Numbered from the stretch's first letter, positions 45,420 through 54,274 are shown. The stretch is 64,000 nt of DNA from Bacteroidota bacterium (GCA_021813585.1 JAKAJV010000068.1:3499-67498), one strand, 5' to 3'. Translations and numbers: made by a program. Notes: generated by a model not told the origin, from the letters alone.

Positions 45420-47498
45420 ATGATTCCAACTGTTGATGATCTTAAGAGCGATGTAATGGTTCATAGATTCGGAGATTTGTATAATCCGCCGGGCTTAACA
45501 AATTTTTGGGGCGCTGTTCAAGCAGATATAGATATTACCGGCATAAGAAGTGTAAACTTTCCGCCTTTCGGCTGCTCAGATACCATAACCTGCGGGCTGT
45601 ATTTTAACGATAAATATTTTCCTTCTACCGGAACTCCTGTAAAAATTATCTGGTATGCTGATAAAATAATGAGAGAGGCTGTCTATTCCGGTATAAAGTT
45701 TAGTTCGGTTACACTAATTTCAATGAAGAAAAAATCAGTTTTGGTCCGGCTGCAGCTTGAAAACATAAGCGGATACAAGCAGGACTTTGAATTAAGGCTA
45801 GGTCTTGCAGCCAACGTAACCAAAGCAGTTAAAGCCTGGAATGAGCCTTTCCCGCCGGTTGAAACAGACAATAGGATTGAGATAGATACCCAAAGGAATG
45901 CACTCCTTTTCAGCTCGCAGCACAGCACTGCCTTTTCACTTCAGGGGGCTATGCCCAAAGCCGGAAAAGCCGACAAGAATAATCTCTATTTTAAAATTGA
46001 ATTAAATGCCGGGGAACAGAAGGCGATTACTTTTGTTGATTCGATTGGAGATAACTTGAATGAAGTGCAAAGTGAATTTGACATGCTGATAAACAATGCC
46101 GATAAATTTATTAAAGATACGAATGATGAGTGGAACGAAGAATTAAGGTCCGCTTTTACACCGGGTAATTCAAGGTTTTCCGGTTTTATGCCGGAGCTTG
46201 AAACTGCAGATGAAGAAGTGTTGAAGATTTATAATTTAGGAATACTCGGGCTGATTTATTTCAAGAGGGATAATCCTTATTCAGTTTTTGGTAGAGCATA
46301 CGATACATTGATGCCTCGTTACTGGCAATCGGTAACGTTCATCTGGGATTATGCGCTCAGCTCAGTTGCGCATGCATTGCTCGATCCTGCCGTAATGAGG
46401 AAATATCTTGAGCTGTGGATGTCGATGGATATACATAAGCATTTCGGCATCGAATATCTTACAGGCAGCCCGGTCGGGCCCTGGTACTCGGTTAATGACT
46501 TTGCTCTAACATGGATTTCGAGAAATTATTTAAAGTGGACAGGAGACACGGCCTGGCTTAAAAAAGAACTGGACGACAGGCAGGGAAATAAAAAGACTGT
46601 GTTTGATTTCTTAATTAAGTATTCAAGAAACTGGAAGCAGTTCAAAACAATAAACGGATTGGCAGATTACGGCGGAATAAATAACCTGCTGGAATGCGTA
46701 AGCACCTATATCCATGAAGTGGCCAGCTTAAATGCCGGAAATATTTTTAATCTGCGCACCGCAGCAGAATTGCTCGAAGGCGGCGGAGACTCGATTAGAG
46801 CAAATGAATTTTATAACGAAGCCCGCCTTATGTTAAAAGAAGTAAACAAATTATACGCAGATGGAAAAGGTTTCTGGAATGCAAGATTTCCGGACGGTGA
46901 ACTTGTTGAGGTAAGACACTGCTATGATTTTATTACTATACTAAATACTATTGCAGCCGATCTTTCCAATAAGCAAAAAGAAGAAATGACAGAATTTTTC
47001 GTAAGGGAACTCCAGACCAAAACCTGGATGAGGGCGCTTTCGCCCGGAGACAATAATGTTATGTTTAGTGTAAGACCGGATCATCAATGGAACGGAGCTT
47101 ACCCTGCATGGCCTGCGCAAGCTGTTACTGGATTGTACAAAATAGGCAGAGGCGATATAGCTTTTAAATGGCTAAAGGGCTTGGCGAAGAGTGCGAATCA
47201 AGGTCCATTTGGGCAGGCGCATTTTGTTGAAGATGTAATTGAGCCCGAATCAGGCGGCGCAAGAAAAGCCTCGCCGGAAGGTCCTTTCATCTGCGATTGG
47301 ACGGTATCGTCGAGCGGAAGCTGGACGAATATAATTATTGAATCAATCTTCGGCGTCGAAGCTTCGGTTTATAAAGGTATATCTGCCAATCCTCAGTTCG
47401 GTTTATTCGATGCGGGCGCCGAATTAAAAAATCTTTCCTACCAAGGAAAGTTGTATAGCGTGAATAAAAATGGCTTGACCGAAATTAATGGAAAGTGA
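45420..47498 (+). CDS. Hypothetical protein, possibly an (alpha/alpha)6-barrel glycoside hydrolase
   Basis: About 692 aa from the ATG at 45420, which has an AGGAG RBS. There is no signal peptide. The helical, W/Y-rich C-terminal half and the glycan-locus context are suggestive, but no family motif was recognised. Confidence 0.45.
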   Translation: MIPTVDDLKSDVMVHRFGDLYNPPGLTNFWGAVQADIDITGIRSVNFPPFGCSDTITCGLYFNDKYFPSTGTPVKIIWYADKIMREAVYSGIKFSSVTLISMKKKSVLVRLQLENISGYKQDFELRLGLAANVTKAVKAWNEPFPPVETDNRIEIDTQRNALLFSSQHSTAFSLQGAMPKAGKADKNNLYFKIELNAGEQKAITFVDSIGDNLNEVQSEFDMLINNADKFIKDTNDEWNEELRSAFTPGNSRFSGFMPELETADEEVLKIYNLGILGLIYFKRDNPYSVFGRAYDTLMPRYWQSVTFIWDYALSSVAHALLDPAVMRKYLELWMSMDIHKHFGIEYLTGSPVGPWYSVNDFALTWISRNYLKWTGDTAWLKKELDDRQGNKKTVFDFLIKYSRNWKQFKTINGLADYGGINNLLECVSTYIHEVASLNAGNIFNLRTAAELLEGGGDSIRANEFYNEARLMLKEVNKLYADGKGFWNARFPDGELVEVRHCYDFITILNTIAADLSNKQKEEMTEFFVRELQTKTWMRALSPGDNNVMFSVRPDHQWNGAYPAWPAQAVTGLYKIGRGDIAFKWLKGLAKSANQGPFGQAHFVEDVIEPESGGARKASPEGPFICDWTVSSSGSWTNIIIESIFGVEASVYKGISANPQFGLFDAGAELKNLSYQGKLYSVNKNGLTEINGK

Positions 47499-48666
47499 TA
47501 ATCGATTTAATAATTTATTGCGGCAGTTAGACCTTTCGTCCGACAGCAGCGTGAGACAAAAGCTTGTAGACAATTTTATTGAGGCTATAAAAAATGACTA
47601 TCCTGTTTATGAAAGTGAAACGGATGTTGTACTGCTTTATAAAGGTAATGCTGATAGGGTAGTAATTATAGGCGATATGACCGAATGGGCGCGCACCGCA
47701 GAGTTAAATAAAATTGACGGCACAGATCTGCATTATATCCATTTTAAATTGGAGCCTGATGCCTGCCTGGAATATTGGTATTTAGTCGATGATAATCAAA
47801 ACCCTGTAGTTGATCCTCTTAATCCTAACATAATTTATAACGGGCTGGGAGATATATCCGAGCTTGCAATGCCCGGATATTCGAGGCATTCCTACTTCGA
47901 TAATTTTTGCCGGGGCCAAAGAGGCGGATATGATTCTCTTATCGAACTGGAAGTGCCGCCGGGTAAGCTGCCGTATACTCACCAGGTTCACGTTTATCTG
48001 CCGCCGGATTATAACGGTTCCGGTAAAAATTATCCGGCAATTTATTTTCAGGATGGTCGGGATTATATAGAATTTGCCGTCGTGCCTTATCTGCTTAATA
48101 GAATGATTGATGAGGGAAAAATAAAGCCGGTTATCGCAGTTTTTGTTACTCCTCCCAATCTTCATCTGCCGGAAGTTCCGAATAGGATGACAGAATACGG
48201 TTTGAATGATGATTATGCCCATTTCTTTGTTAACGAGCTTACAAATTTTATCGAGAGACAATTTAGGATTGTTAGAGAGTCCGGCTCAAGGCTAGTAATA
48301 GGAGATTCGTACGGCGGATTAATTTCAACTTATATTGGCTTTAAGCATCCGGAAATTTTCGGGAACGTCTACAGCCAGTCAGGCTATCATTGCTTTCAAA
48401 AAGACAGGATGATAAGGTTATTCAAAGAAGGCTTAAGGAGACAGGTTAAACTTTTTATTGATTGCGGGACGTACGAACATGAGGTCGGGAGTACATTTCT
48501 GCCTGAAGGCGAGCGTGATTTTATAAATGCCAACAGAAGACTAAGAGAAGCTCTCTCGGAAAAGAAATATGATTTTGTTTACCGGGAGTACCACGAAGGC
48601 CATACCTGGGGAAATTGGCGGCGGCATCTTATAGACGCCTTGGTTTATTTTTGGGGAAAGAAATAA
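47488..48666 (+). CDS. Esterase, enterochelin-esterase / CE1-like alpha/beta hydrolase
   Basis: 392 aa with an N-terminal Ig-like domain, the nucleophile elbow GDSYGG, and a C-terminal HEGHTWGNW. Confidence 0.75.
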   Translation: MESDNRFNNLLRQLDLSSDSSVRQKLVDNFIEAIKNDYPVYESETDVVLLYKGNADRVVIIGDMTEWARTAELNKIDGTDLHYIHFKLEPDACLEYWYLVDDNQNPVVDPLNPNIIYNGLGDISELAMPGYSRHSYFDNFCRGQRGGYDSLIELEVPPGKLPYTHQVHVYLPPDYNGSGKNYPAIYFQDGRDYIEFAVVPYLLNRMIDEGKIKPVIAVFVTPPNLHLPEVPNRMTEYGLNDDYAHFFVNELTNFIERQFRIVRESGSRLVIGDSYGGLISTYIGFKHPEIFGNVYSQSGYHCFQKDRMIRLFKEGLRRQVKLFIDCGTYEHEVGSTFLPEGERDFINANRRLREALSEKKYDFVYREYHEGHTWGNWRRHLIDALVYFWGKK

Positions 48667-48698
48667 TTGCATGAAGCATAAATTAAATAGGAGTATTA

Positions 48699-50555
48699 AT
48701 GAGCAGTTTTAATGATAACATAATTAACAATCCGTTTATATCCCATTTGCCTGAATCGATGAAGGATTTTCCGAGAGGACTCTTCGACAGCTTCCCGGTT
48801 TTTACGCCGTCCGAAGGCAGTATTGAAAAAGGCTATGATAGATTAGCAGAGATGATTGAGCAAAATATCCCGGCGGGATTAAGGGTATTGATAATCGACG
48901 GATACCAGGGAATAGAATGGAATAAATTAATTGATGAATTAATTTTAAGTTTGAATAAGCTGAAGATTCAACCGGAATTTATAGATGTATCCGGCTGTTA
49001 TGTTCCGCCAGAAGTATTAAGGAAAAGGGCCGAGCCGTTTTTAGGTGGAGACGATCCTCTGTTTGGAACTCATTATCCTTTCGGTGCGGAAGTTTTTTTC
49101 GATGTTGAAAAGATTGCTCAATTGAGAATTGAATTATCGGTAAGGAGGGGACAAAAGTCCGGCGGCCTTACTATAATATACGGTACAGGCTCTTCTTTGG
49201 TTGAGCAGTGCGATGAGTTGTGGTATATTGATGTACCGAAGGATTATATACAGATGCTGGCTCGTGAAGAAAAGATTACAAACGTAGGCGAAAAAGAAAT
49301 TCTTTCATTCGGCGATTTTTATAAGCGCTCATACTTTTTTGACTGGCCGGCATTAAACCGGTTAAAGCAGCAGATCCTTCCGAAGGTAGATGTATTTATT
49401 GATTGTACAAATCTGCAGGAGCCTGCATTTATTGACGGAGAAGATTTTAGGAAGGCGGTTTACGAAATTTCAGAATCGCCTTTCCGTGTAAGACCCTGGT
49501 TTTTCCCTGGGCCATGGGGAGGGAAGTTTATGCAAGGCCATATGGGGCTCGATCCCGAACAGCCTAACTTCGCCTGGTCGTTCGAACTAATCGTACCTGA
49601 AAACGGAATTATACTTGAGAAAAACGAGAACATCCTCGAATTTTCGTTCGACTGCCTGATGTATCTTCAAAATGAAAGAGTGCTGGGCAGGAATGCTGCA
49701 AGACAATTTAAGTATGAATGGCCCATAAGGCTTGATTACCTTGACACGATAGACGGCGGAAACCTGTCAACTCAGGTTCATCCAAAGCCGAATTATATTA
49801 GAAATAATTTCGGGGAGACATATACGCAGGATGAAACTTATTATATAGTGGCATCCAAACCTGGTTCAAGAGTTTACCTCGGCTTAACCGATTGGTGCGA
49901 TCCGGATGAGTTTAAACACGCGCTGGAAGACTCGATTAACAAAGGCGAAGAACTGGACATCGATAGGTTTGTAAACAGCGAGCCCAGCAAGCCTCACGAT
50001 TTATTCTTAATTCCGAACGGGACTGTGCATTGCAGCGGCAAAGGGAACCTTGTACTAGAAATTAGCGCAACTCCGTACATCTTTACGTTTAAGATATATG
50101 ATTACTTGAGAAGGGACCTGGAAGGAAAGCTCCGCCCGCTGAACATTGAAAGGGCATTTGAGAATATTAGATTCGAAAGAAGGGAAAAATGGGTAAAGGA
50201 AAATCTGGTAGCAAAGCCTAAATTAATTAAAGATGGAGGCGCCTGGAAAGAGTATGAACTCTATAACTCGCCTTTTACTTTCTACAATATTCATCGCATT
50301 GAGTTCGATTCTGCATTTGAGTATGAAACAGACGGTAGAGCTTTGGCTGTTAATCTTGTCGAAGGTGAATGGGTTGAAATTACAGCTTCAAATAAAAAGT
50401 GTGTAAAGTTATCCTATATGGAATCGATGGTAATACCGGCGGCGGCAAAAAAAATAATAGTTGAGAATAAAGGTGCCAGACCGTGCAGGATGGTGCTTGT
50501 TTATATAAAGCCGCAAATAGGAGCTAAGCTGCCGATTAATAAGCCGGAGGAATAA
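48699..50555 (+). CDS. Type I mannose-6-phosphate isomerase (cupin) with an extra N-terminal domain of about 260 aa
   Basis: PWGGKF, LSTQVHP, ETYYIV and HCSGKGNLVLEISATPYIFTFKIYDYLR match ManA-type motifs (WGG, SxQVHP, ExWYI, H...E.Q.NSD.TYR.YDY.R). Confidence 0.75.
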   Translation: MSSFNDNIINNPFISHLPESMKDFPRGLFDSFPVFTPSEGSIEKGYDRLAEMIEQNIPAGLRVLIIDGYQGIEWNKLIDELILSLNKLKIQPEFIDVSGCYVPPEVLRKRAEPFLGGDDPLFGTHYPFGAEVFFDVEKIAQLRIELSVRRGQKSGGLTIIYGTGSSLVEQCDELWYIDVPKDYIQMLAREEKITNVGEKEILSFGDFYKRSYFFDWPALNRLKQQILPKVDVFIDCTNLQEPAFIDGEDFRKAVYEISESPFRVRPWFFPGPWGGKFMQGHMGLDPEQPNFAWSFELIVPENGIILEKNENILEFSFDCLMYLQNERVLGRNAARQFKYEWPIRLDYLDTIDGGNLSTQVHPKPNYIRNNFGETYTQDETYYIVASKPGSRVYLGLTDWCDPDEFKHALEDSINKGEELDIDRFVNSEPSKPHDLFLIPNGTVHCSGKGNLVLEISATPYIFTFKIYDYLRRDLEGKLRPLNIERAFENIRFERREKWVKENLVAKPKLIKDGGAWKEYELYNSPFTFYNIHRIEFDSAFEYETDGRALAVNLVEGEWVEITASNKKCVKLSYMESMVIPAAAKKIIVENKGARPCRMVLVYIKPQIGAKLPINKPEE

Positions 50556-50694
50556 TTTTAACTGTGTTTTAAAAACCGCACGGAATTGAGTTGAATGATC
50601 AGCAGTTAAAGGCCTGCTAATTTAAGATGTGAATATAAGATAGTTCCGCAGGGTATTGGCTGGCAAAAACCCTCGCCTTTAGTAAATTAGATAA

Positions 50695-50952
50695 ATGGAG
50701 AATTACCGAAAATCATCACATACAGTATACGATATAATATATCATAGCGCGGCAAGTCGCAATTCAAAATTAAAAATGAAAAATTAAAAATTGAAAACAC
50801 TTAAAATATCTTTACACAAAAAACAAAAACTTAAACGGCAATACTATATAGTCTGGATAACAAAATATCACAAAAAAGTACTAAATGGAATAATAGCAGA
50901 AATAATCAAAATTAAGGGAACAGGTAAAAACGAACGTACAGTAATTAATTAA
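50695..50952 (+). pseudogene. tnpA: IS200/IS605-family tnpA (Y1 transposase) 5' remnant, interrupted by a 102-nt insertion and truncated
   Basis: MENYRKSSHTVYDIIYH | insert | IVWITKYHKKVLNGIIAEII... compares with IS608 TnpA YKSNHNVVYSCKYHIVWCPKYRRKVL. The frame is the same on both sides of the insert. The HUH and catalytic Tyr regions are absent. Confidence 0.7.
50744..50848 (+). mobile_element. ATA-flanked short interspersed element, copy 2 (99 bp plus a duplicated ATA) inserted in the tnpA remnant
   Basis: GCGCGGCAAGTCGCAATTCAAAATT...ACGGCAATACT flanked by ATA on each side. Removing the element plus one ATA (102 nt) restores the codons ata tat cat ata gtc tgg (IYHIVW). Confidence 0.75.
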
Positions 50953-51018
50953 TTTAGCCTGCCCGTTGATAAAACGAGACAGGCTTTATTTAATATATCT
51001 TTAATATGCCGGGAATTT

Positions 51019-52614
51019 TTATTTCAACAATTCCATTTTCATTACTTTGCTGTTTTCACCAGCATCTAATTTATTCGAATGGATCGCTATGTGGTAAAAA
51101 TAAATTCCGGAAGAAAGATTAGATGCATTGAATTGAACGCTGTGAGCGCCCGCGCTCATTGGCTGATTTATTAATGTCGTTATCTTTTGTCCCAATAAAT
51201 TATAAATGGATAAATTGACATTTGAATTTTCATTTATTGTAAATTCAATTGTAGTACTTGGATTGAAAGGATTAGGATAATTTTGTTTAACGCTAAAATT
51301 CTCGGGCAATAAATTTTTATCCTTTGCAATGCCGGTTGTTGCTTTATCTGCCGTAAGAATAACATAACTGCTAAGCAGGCTTTGAGAAAAAGTAACAGTA
51401 TTATTTGAAGTATTAATAACAGAATTTGAAACTGTTACCCAAGAATTATTCTGATTGTTCCAGTATTTTACCTTAAGATTATTCACGTTAACATTAAAGC
51501 CGGCTGTTTGCATGTTATTAAAGTGAAGCTGAAAATTTGTTTGAGAATTAAAACTCATCTGTCCGCCCATTTTACCGGACTGCATCATGTTGTTTGTTCC
51601 ATCGGGATTGAAGACTCCAATTTCGTAGCCTGCGAATGCGCTTTGTCCGGACACGTCCGGAAAATCTTGCGGGAAGGCTGCCAATATTTGGCAGTACAAA
51701 GAATCTGGCATCATGCCGCCGCCCATCATTCCGCTTTGGTGCCAACCGGGATTAACAGACATCCAGCTAGTTGAATCAAAGGGGTCGTTGAATTTTTGTG
51801 CTTGCATCATTCCGCTGTGAATCCAACCGCCGCCGAGATGGTTCCCTACTTGAGATGGATCCATCCACGTGGTTCCGTTTAATTGATAAACAATAACCAT
51901 TTTCATAAAACCGGTTGAAAGCATTCCGCCTTTAATTGAAATGGCTTGCCCATTTGCAGGCAGTGAAGCATTAGAACTAGACTGATACCAAGGCGGGCCG
52001 AAATTCAAAAAGTAATCCGGGACGCCATCGCTATTTACATCGAGGTAGTAATGATAGTACATAAAAGTAGTATCAATCATTACCTTGCCGGTTAGAGAAA
52101 CGGAATGAAGCGAATCGTGATTGAAGCCAAAGGAGTAATTCATCATGTTGTTATTCATTCCGCCCATCATAGAATGTGTTCCCATATTATTCCAAAAAGA
52201 ATCGAGGCCCGAGCGCCAGAAACTGCCGTTTATAGAATCGACAACAATCATAGGAATGGAGAACATCCCGTCATAAAGCCCGCCGGAAATAGTTACATTA
52301 TCTCCAACTTTTGGCCTTAATGTAGAAATGGAATCTGGTTTATACCAAACCGGACCAAGGTTCAACATATAATCAGGAGTATTATCGTTGTTAATATCCA
52401 GATAATACATCCCATTCATCATTGAAGAATCGGCAATAATCTTACCGGAAACGGAAATTGGTTTGAGAGAATCGGGGTTAAAATTGCCGCTGTGCATCCA
52501 GCCCTGGCTAAAGCCAAGCGTAGAGGCAAATAAAATTATAGTAAATAAAAATTTTAATTTCCCCGCTGCGCGGTGTTTTCCCGATAAATCGGGACAAGCT
52601 ATAAAATTAAACAT
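51019..52614 (-). CDS. Met/Gly/His-rich secreted protein with a T9SS C-terminal sorting domain (putative extracellular metal-binding protein)
   Basis: 531 aa. It has two internal modules of about 115 aa (YYLD.N.D..PDY.LN.GP.WY). The linkers are HSMMGGMNNNMMNY, GWIHSGMMQAQ, GWHQSGMMGGGMMPD and NNMMQSGKMGGQMSF. The C-terminus is QNYPNPFNPSTTIEF...GIYFYHI. Confidence 0.65.
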   Translation of the reverse strand: MFNFIACPDLSGKHRAAGKLKFLFTIILFASTLGFSQGWMHSGNFNPDSLKPISVSGKIIADSSMMNGMYYLDINNDNTPDYMLNLGPVWYKPDSISTLRPKVGDNVTISGGLYDGMFSIPMIVVDSINGSFWRSGLDSFWNNMGTHSMMGGMNNNMMNYSFGFNHDSLHSVSLTGKVMIDTTFMYYHYYLDVNSDGVPDYFLNFGPPWYQSSSNASLPANGQAISIKGGMLSTGFMKMVIVYQLNGTTWMDPSQVGNHLGGGWIHSGMMQAQKFNDPFDSTSWMSVNPGWHQSGMMGGGMMPDSLYCQILAAFPQDFPDVSGQSAFAGYEIGVFNPDGTNNMMQSGKMGGQMSFNSQTNFQLHFNNMQTAGFNVNVNNLKVKYWNNQNNSWVTVSNSVINTSNNTVTFSQSLLSSYVILTADKATTGIAKDKNLLPENFSVKQNYPNPFNPSTTIEFTINENSNVNLSIYNLLGQKITTLINQPMSAGAHSVQFNASNLSSGIYFYHIAIHSNKLDAGENSKVMKMELLK

Positions 52615-52691
52615 ATTAATATCCTTTAAAAGATTTGAAAAATATTTTTACTGTTTACATATTTAAGAAAAAACCGAGGGTAAAAATATTC

Positions 52692-53108
52692 TCAAATACG
52701 AAGGACGGTGGATGTATCCTCTTTAAATGAATTACTATGTTCGATTGAAAAAATAAGTATGGTGAAATTGTTTAGCTTAAAATCAGATTGAAATATTAAA
52801 GTAGGCTGTGGGTGATAGAAATCGGTAAATTTTATACTTGCCGGAAGTGATAACGGTTTATCATCCATGTCTTTGGAAACCTGGCAGCCGCAGTCATCAG
52901 ATTTGTCGGAGTTTTGCTCTTTATGTTTAGCACAGCAGCAGCAATCTTCATCGCCGCAATTTTTACAGCAAGAAGCAGTATGTTGGTGTAAATATTTCTT
53001 ATTAAGCGGTTTGTGAACGCTATGCTGAGACCCAAAGGCTAAAAAAGCCGAGGTGAATGTTAATAAAATGGCTTTTAGTATAAAATTATATTTTGTTAGA
53101 GTAAACAA
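52692..53108 (-). CDS. Small N-terminally anchored Cys-cluster protein (distant member C of the 114-aa family)
   Basis: 138 aa with an N-terminal TM helix or signal sequence. The cluster is HQHTASCCKNCGDEDCCCCAKHKEQNSDKSDDCGCQ. The C-terminal LIFSIEHSNSF... resembles LINLDVEHFNSP and INILDAELFHPP in the other two members. Confidence 0.5.
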   Translation of the reverse strand: MFTLTKYNFILKAILLTFTSAFLAFGSQHSVHKPLNKKYLHQHTASCCKNCGDEDCCCCAKHKEQNSDKSDDCGCQVSKDMDDKPLSLPASIKFTDFYHPQPTLIFQSDFKLNNFTILIFSIEHSNSFKEDTSTVLRI

Positions 53109-53554
53109 TTGGACTTATCACATTAATTGATACTAACCAAGCATTTTTAATGCCAGTAATATTCCAAGAATAAATGTCTTCTATCCGATATAAAAAAGAA
53201 AAGAGATTATTTATTGCTTGTATTTATCATTTGCCATTAATAGGAAATACGTTGCAAAAATGAAAATAACGAATGCTGCATTTCACTTGACAAACCCCTA
53301 CACACCCGCAATATAAATACTCGGCCCAGAGTTATTGAGGGGAAGGATGCAAGAAGTATTTATTGGACAATAATCGAAAATAATTGGATAACATTTTTAA
53401 GCCACGCTGCATATCTCGGCAAGGAACTGGAGGAAGCTGAGTCTTCGCTTAAGTATAGATTTAGGTATGTGCTAGATGGAGTGTAAAGCTGGTATTCATA
53501 GGTTGAAAAAAGTTTTTCAATAAAGTATATTAGCATCCACTATAGTTATCTGAA

Positions 53555-53809
53555 ATGAAAAATATTGACAAATTAATCGAACAATTCAGTGCTAGGAAAC
53601 GCAATATACGATTTCGTGAAATTGAGAAGGTACTTTTACAAGTTGGTTTTGTTGAAAGAAAGTCAAAAAAAAGTACGAGCCATTTTGTTTTCAGTCATCC
53701 AAGACTTATTTATAATATAACACTTGTTTCACACGGTAAAAGTGATTATATCCCGACATATCAAGTAAACGATGTAATAAGAGCTTTAAAGGAGCTTAAA
53801 AATTTATGA
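53555..53809 (+). CDS. hicA: HicA family toxin
   Basis: 84 aa. FREIEKVLLQVGFVERKSKKSTSHFVFSHP fits the YcfA/HicA pattern. Confidence 0.8.
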   Translation: MKNIDKLIEQFSARKRNIRFREIEKVLLQVGFVERKSKKSTSHFVFSHPRLIYNITLVSHGKSDYIPTYQVNDVIRALKELKNL

Positions 53810-54105
53810 CAAAAAAAAGGAATTATCAGTATTATTTCAACTTGGATTATCCGATTCACATTGAAAGAATGGAAGATGGGATTTATTGTGCTTCTATTTA
53901 TCAACTTAATGGGTGTAAAGGATATGGCAAAACTGCACAAGAGGCAATTGAAGAGCTTCAGGGTGTTAAAGAAGCTCTAATAGAACTTATGCTTGAACAG
54001 GATAAACAGATCCCCGAGCCGCTTGTCCAGCTTGAAATTCCAGTTTCGAAATTTTCTAAAATTCCTAATCGCGACAAGCTCAAACAGTTTATTAAAACAC
54101 CATAA
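53806..54105 (+). CDS. hicB: HicB family antitoxin
   Basis: 99 aa. YCASIYQLNGCKGYGKTAQEAIEELQGVKEALIE fits the HicB/UPF0150 pattern. It overlaps hicA by 4 nt. Confidence 0.8.
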   Translation: MTKKRNYQYYFNLDYPIHIERMEDGIYCASIYQLNGCKGYGKTAQEAIEELQGVKEALIELMLEQDKQIPEPLVQLEIPVSKFSKIPNRDKLKQFIKTP

Positions 54106-54274
54106 AAAAATGTATTCAAGAATAAGAAAAGAAATGTTTTCATTCAAAAGAAAAATAGGCAAGAGATTTACCCAAAGGTTAGAAGATAGTGTGAATATTG
54201 CTTATACCTTCTTTATTTTAGACAGAAACTTTTATAAGGCTCTGGCATCAGATTAGTTGTAAATAATTTTTAAG

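Noticed and set aside
53270-53486. About 70 open codons without a start codon, ending ...ARSIYWTIIENNWITFLSHAAYLGKELEEAESSLKYRFRYVLDGV; the HAAYLGxELxxAE string recalled a C-terminal domain seen in some dihydropteroate-synthase-related / DUF4346-type proteins
   Set aside because: The family assignment rests on memory only. No start codon or RBS is present. It could be a gene remnant, but I cannot support it without a database search (a tblastn or HMM hit covering the segment would support it).
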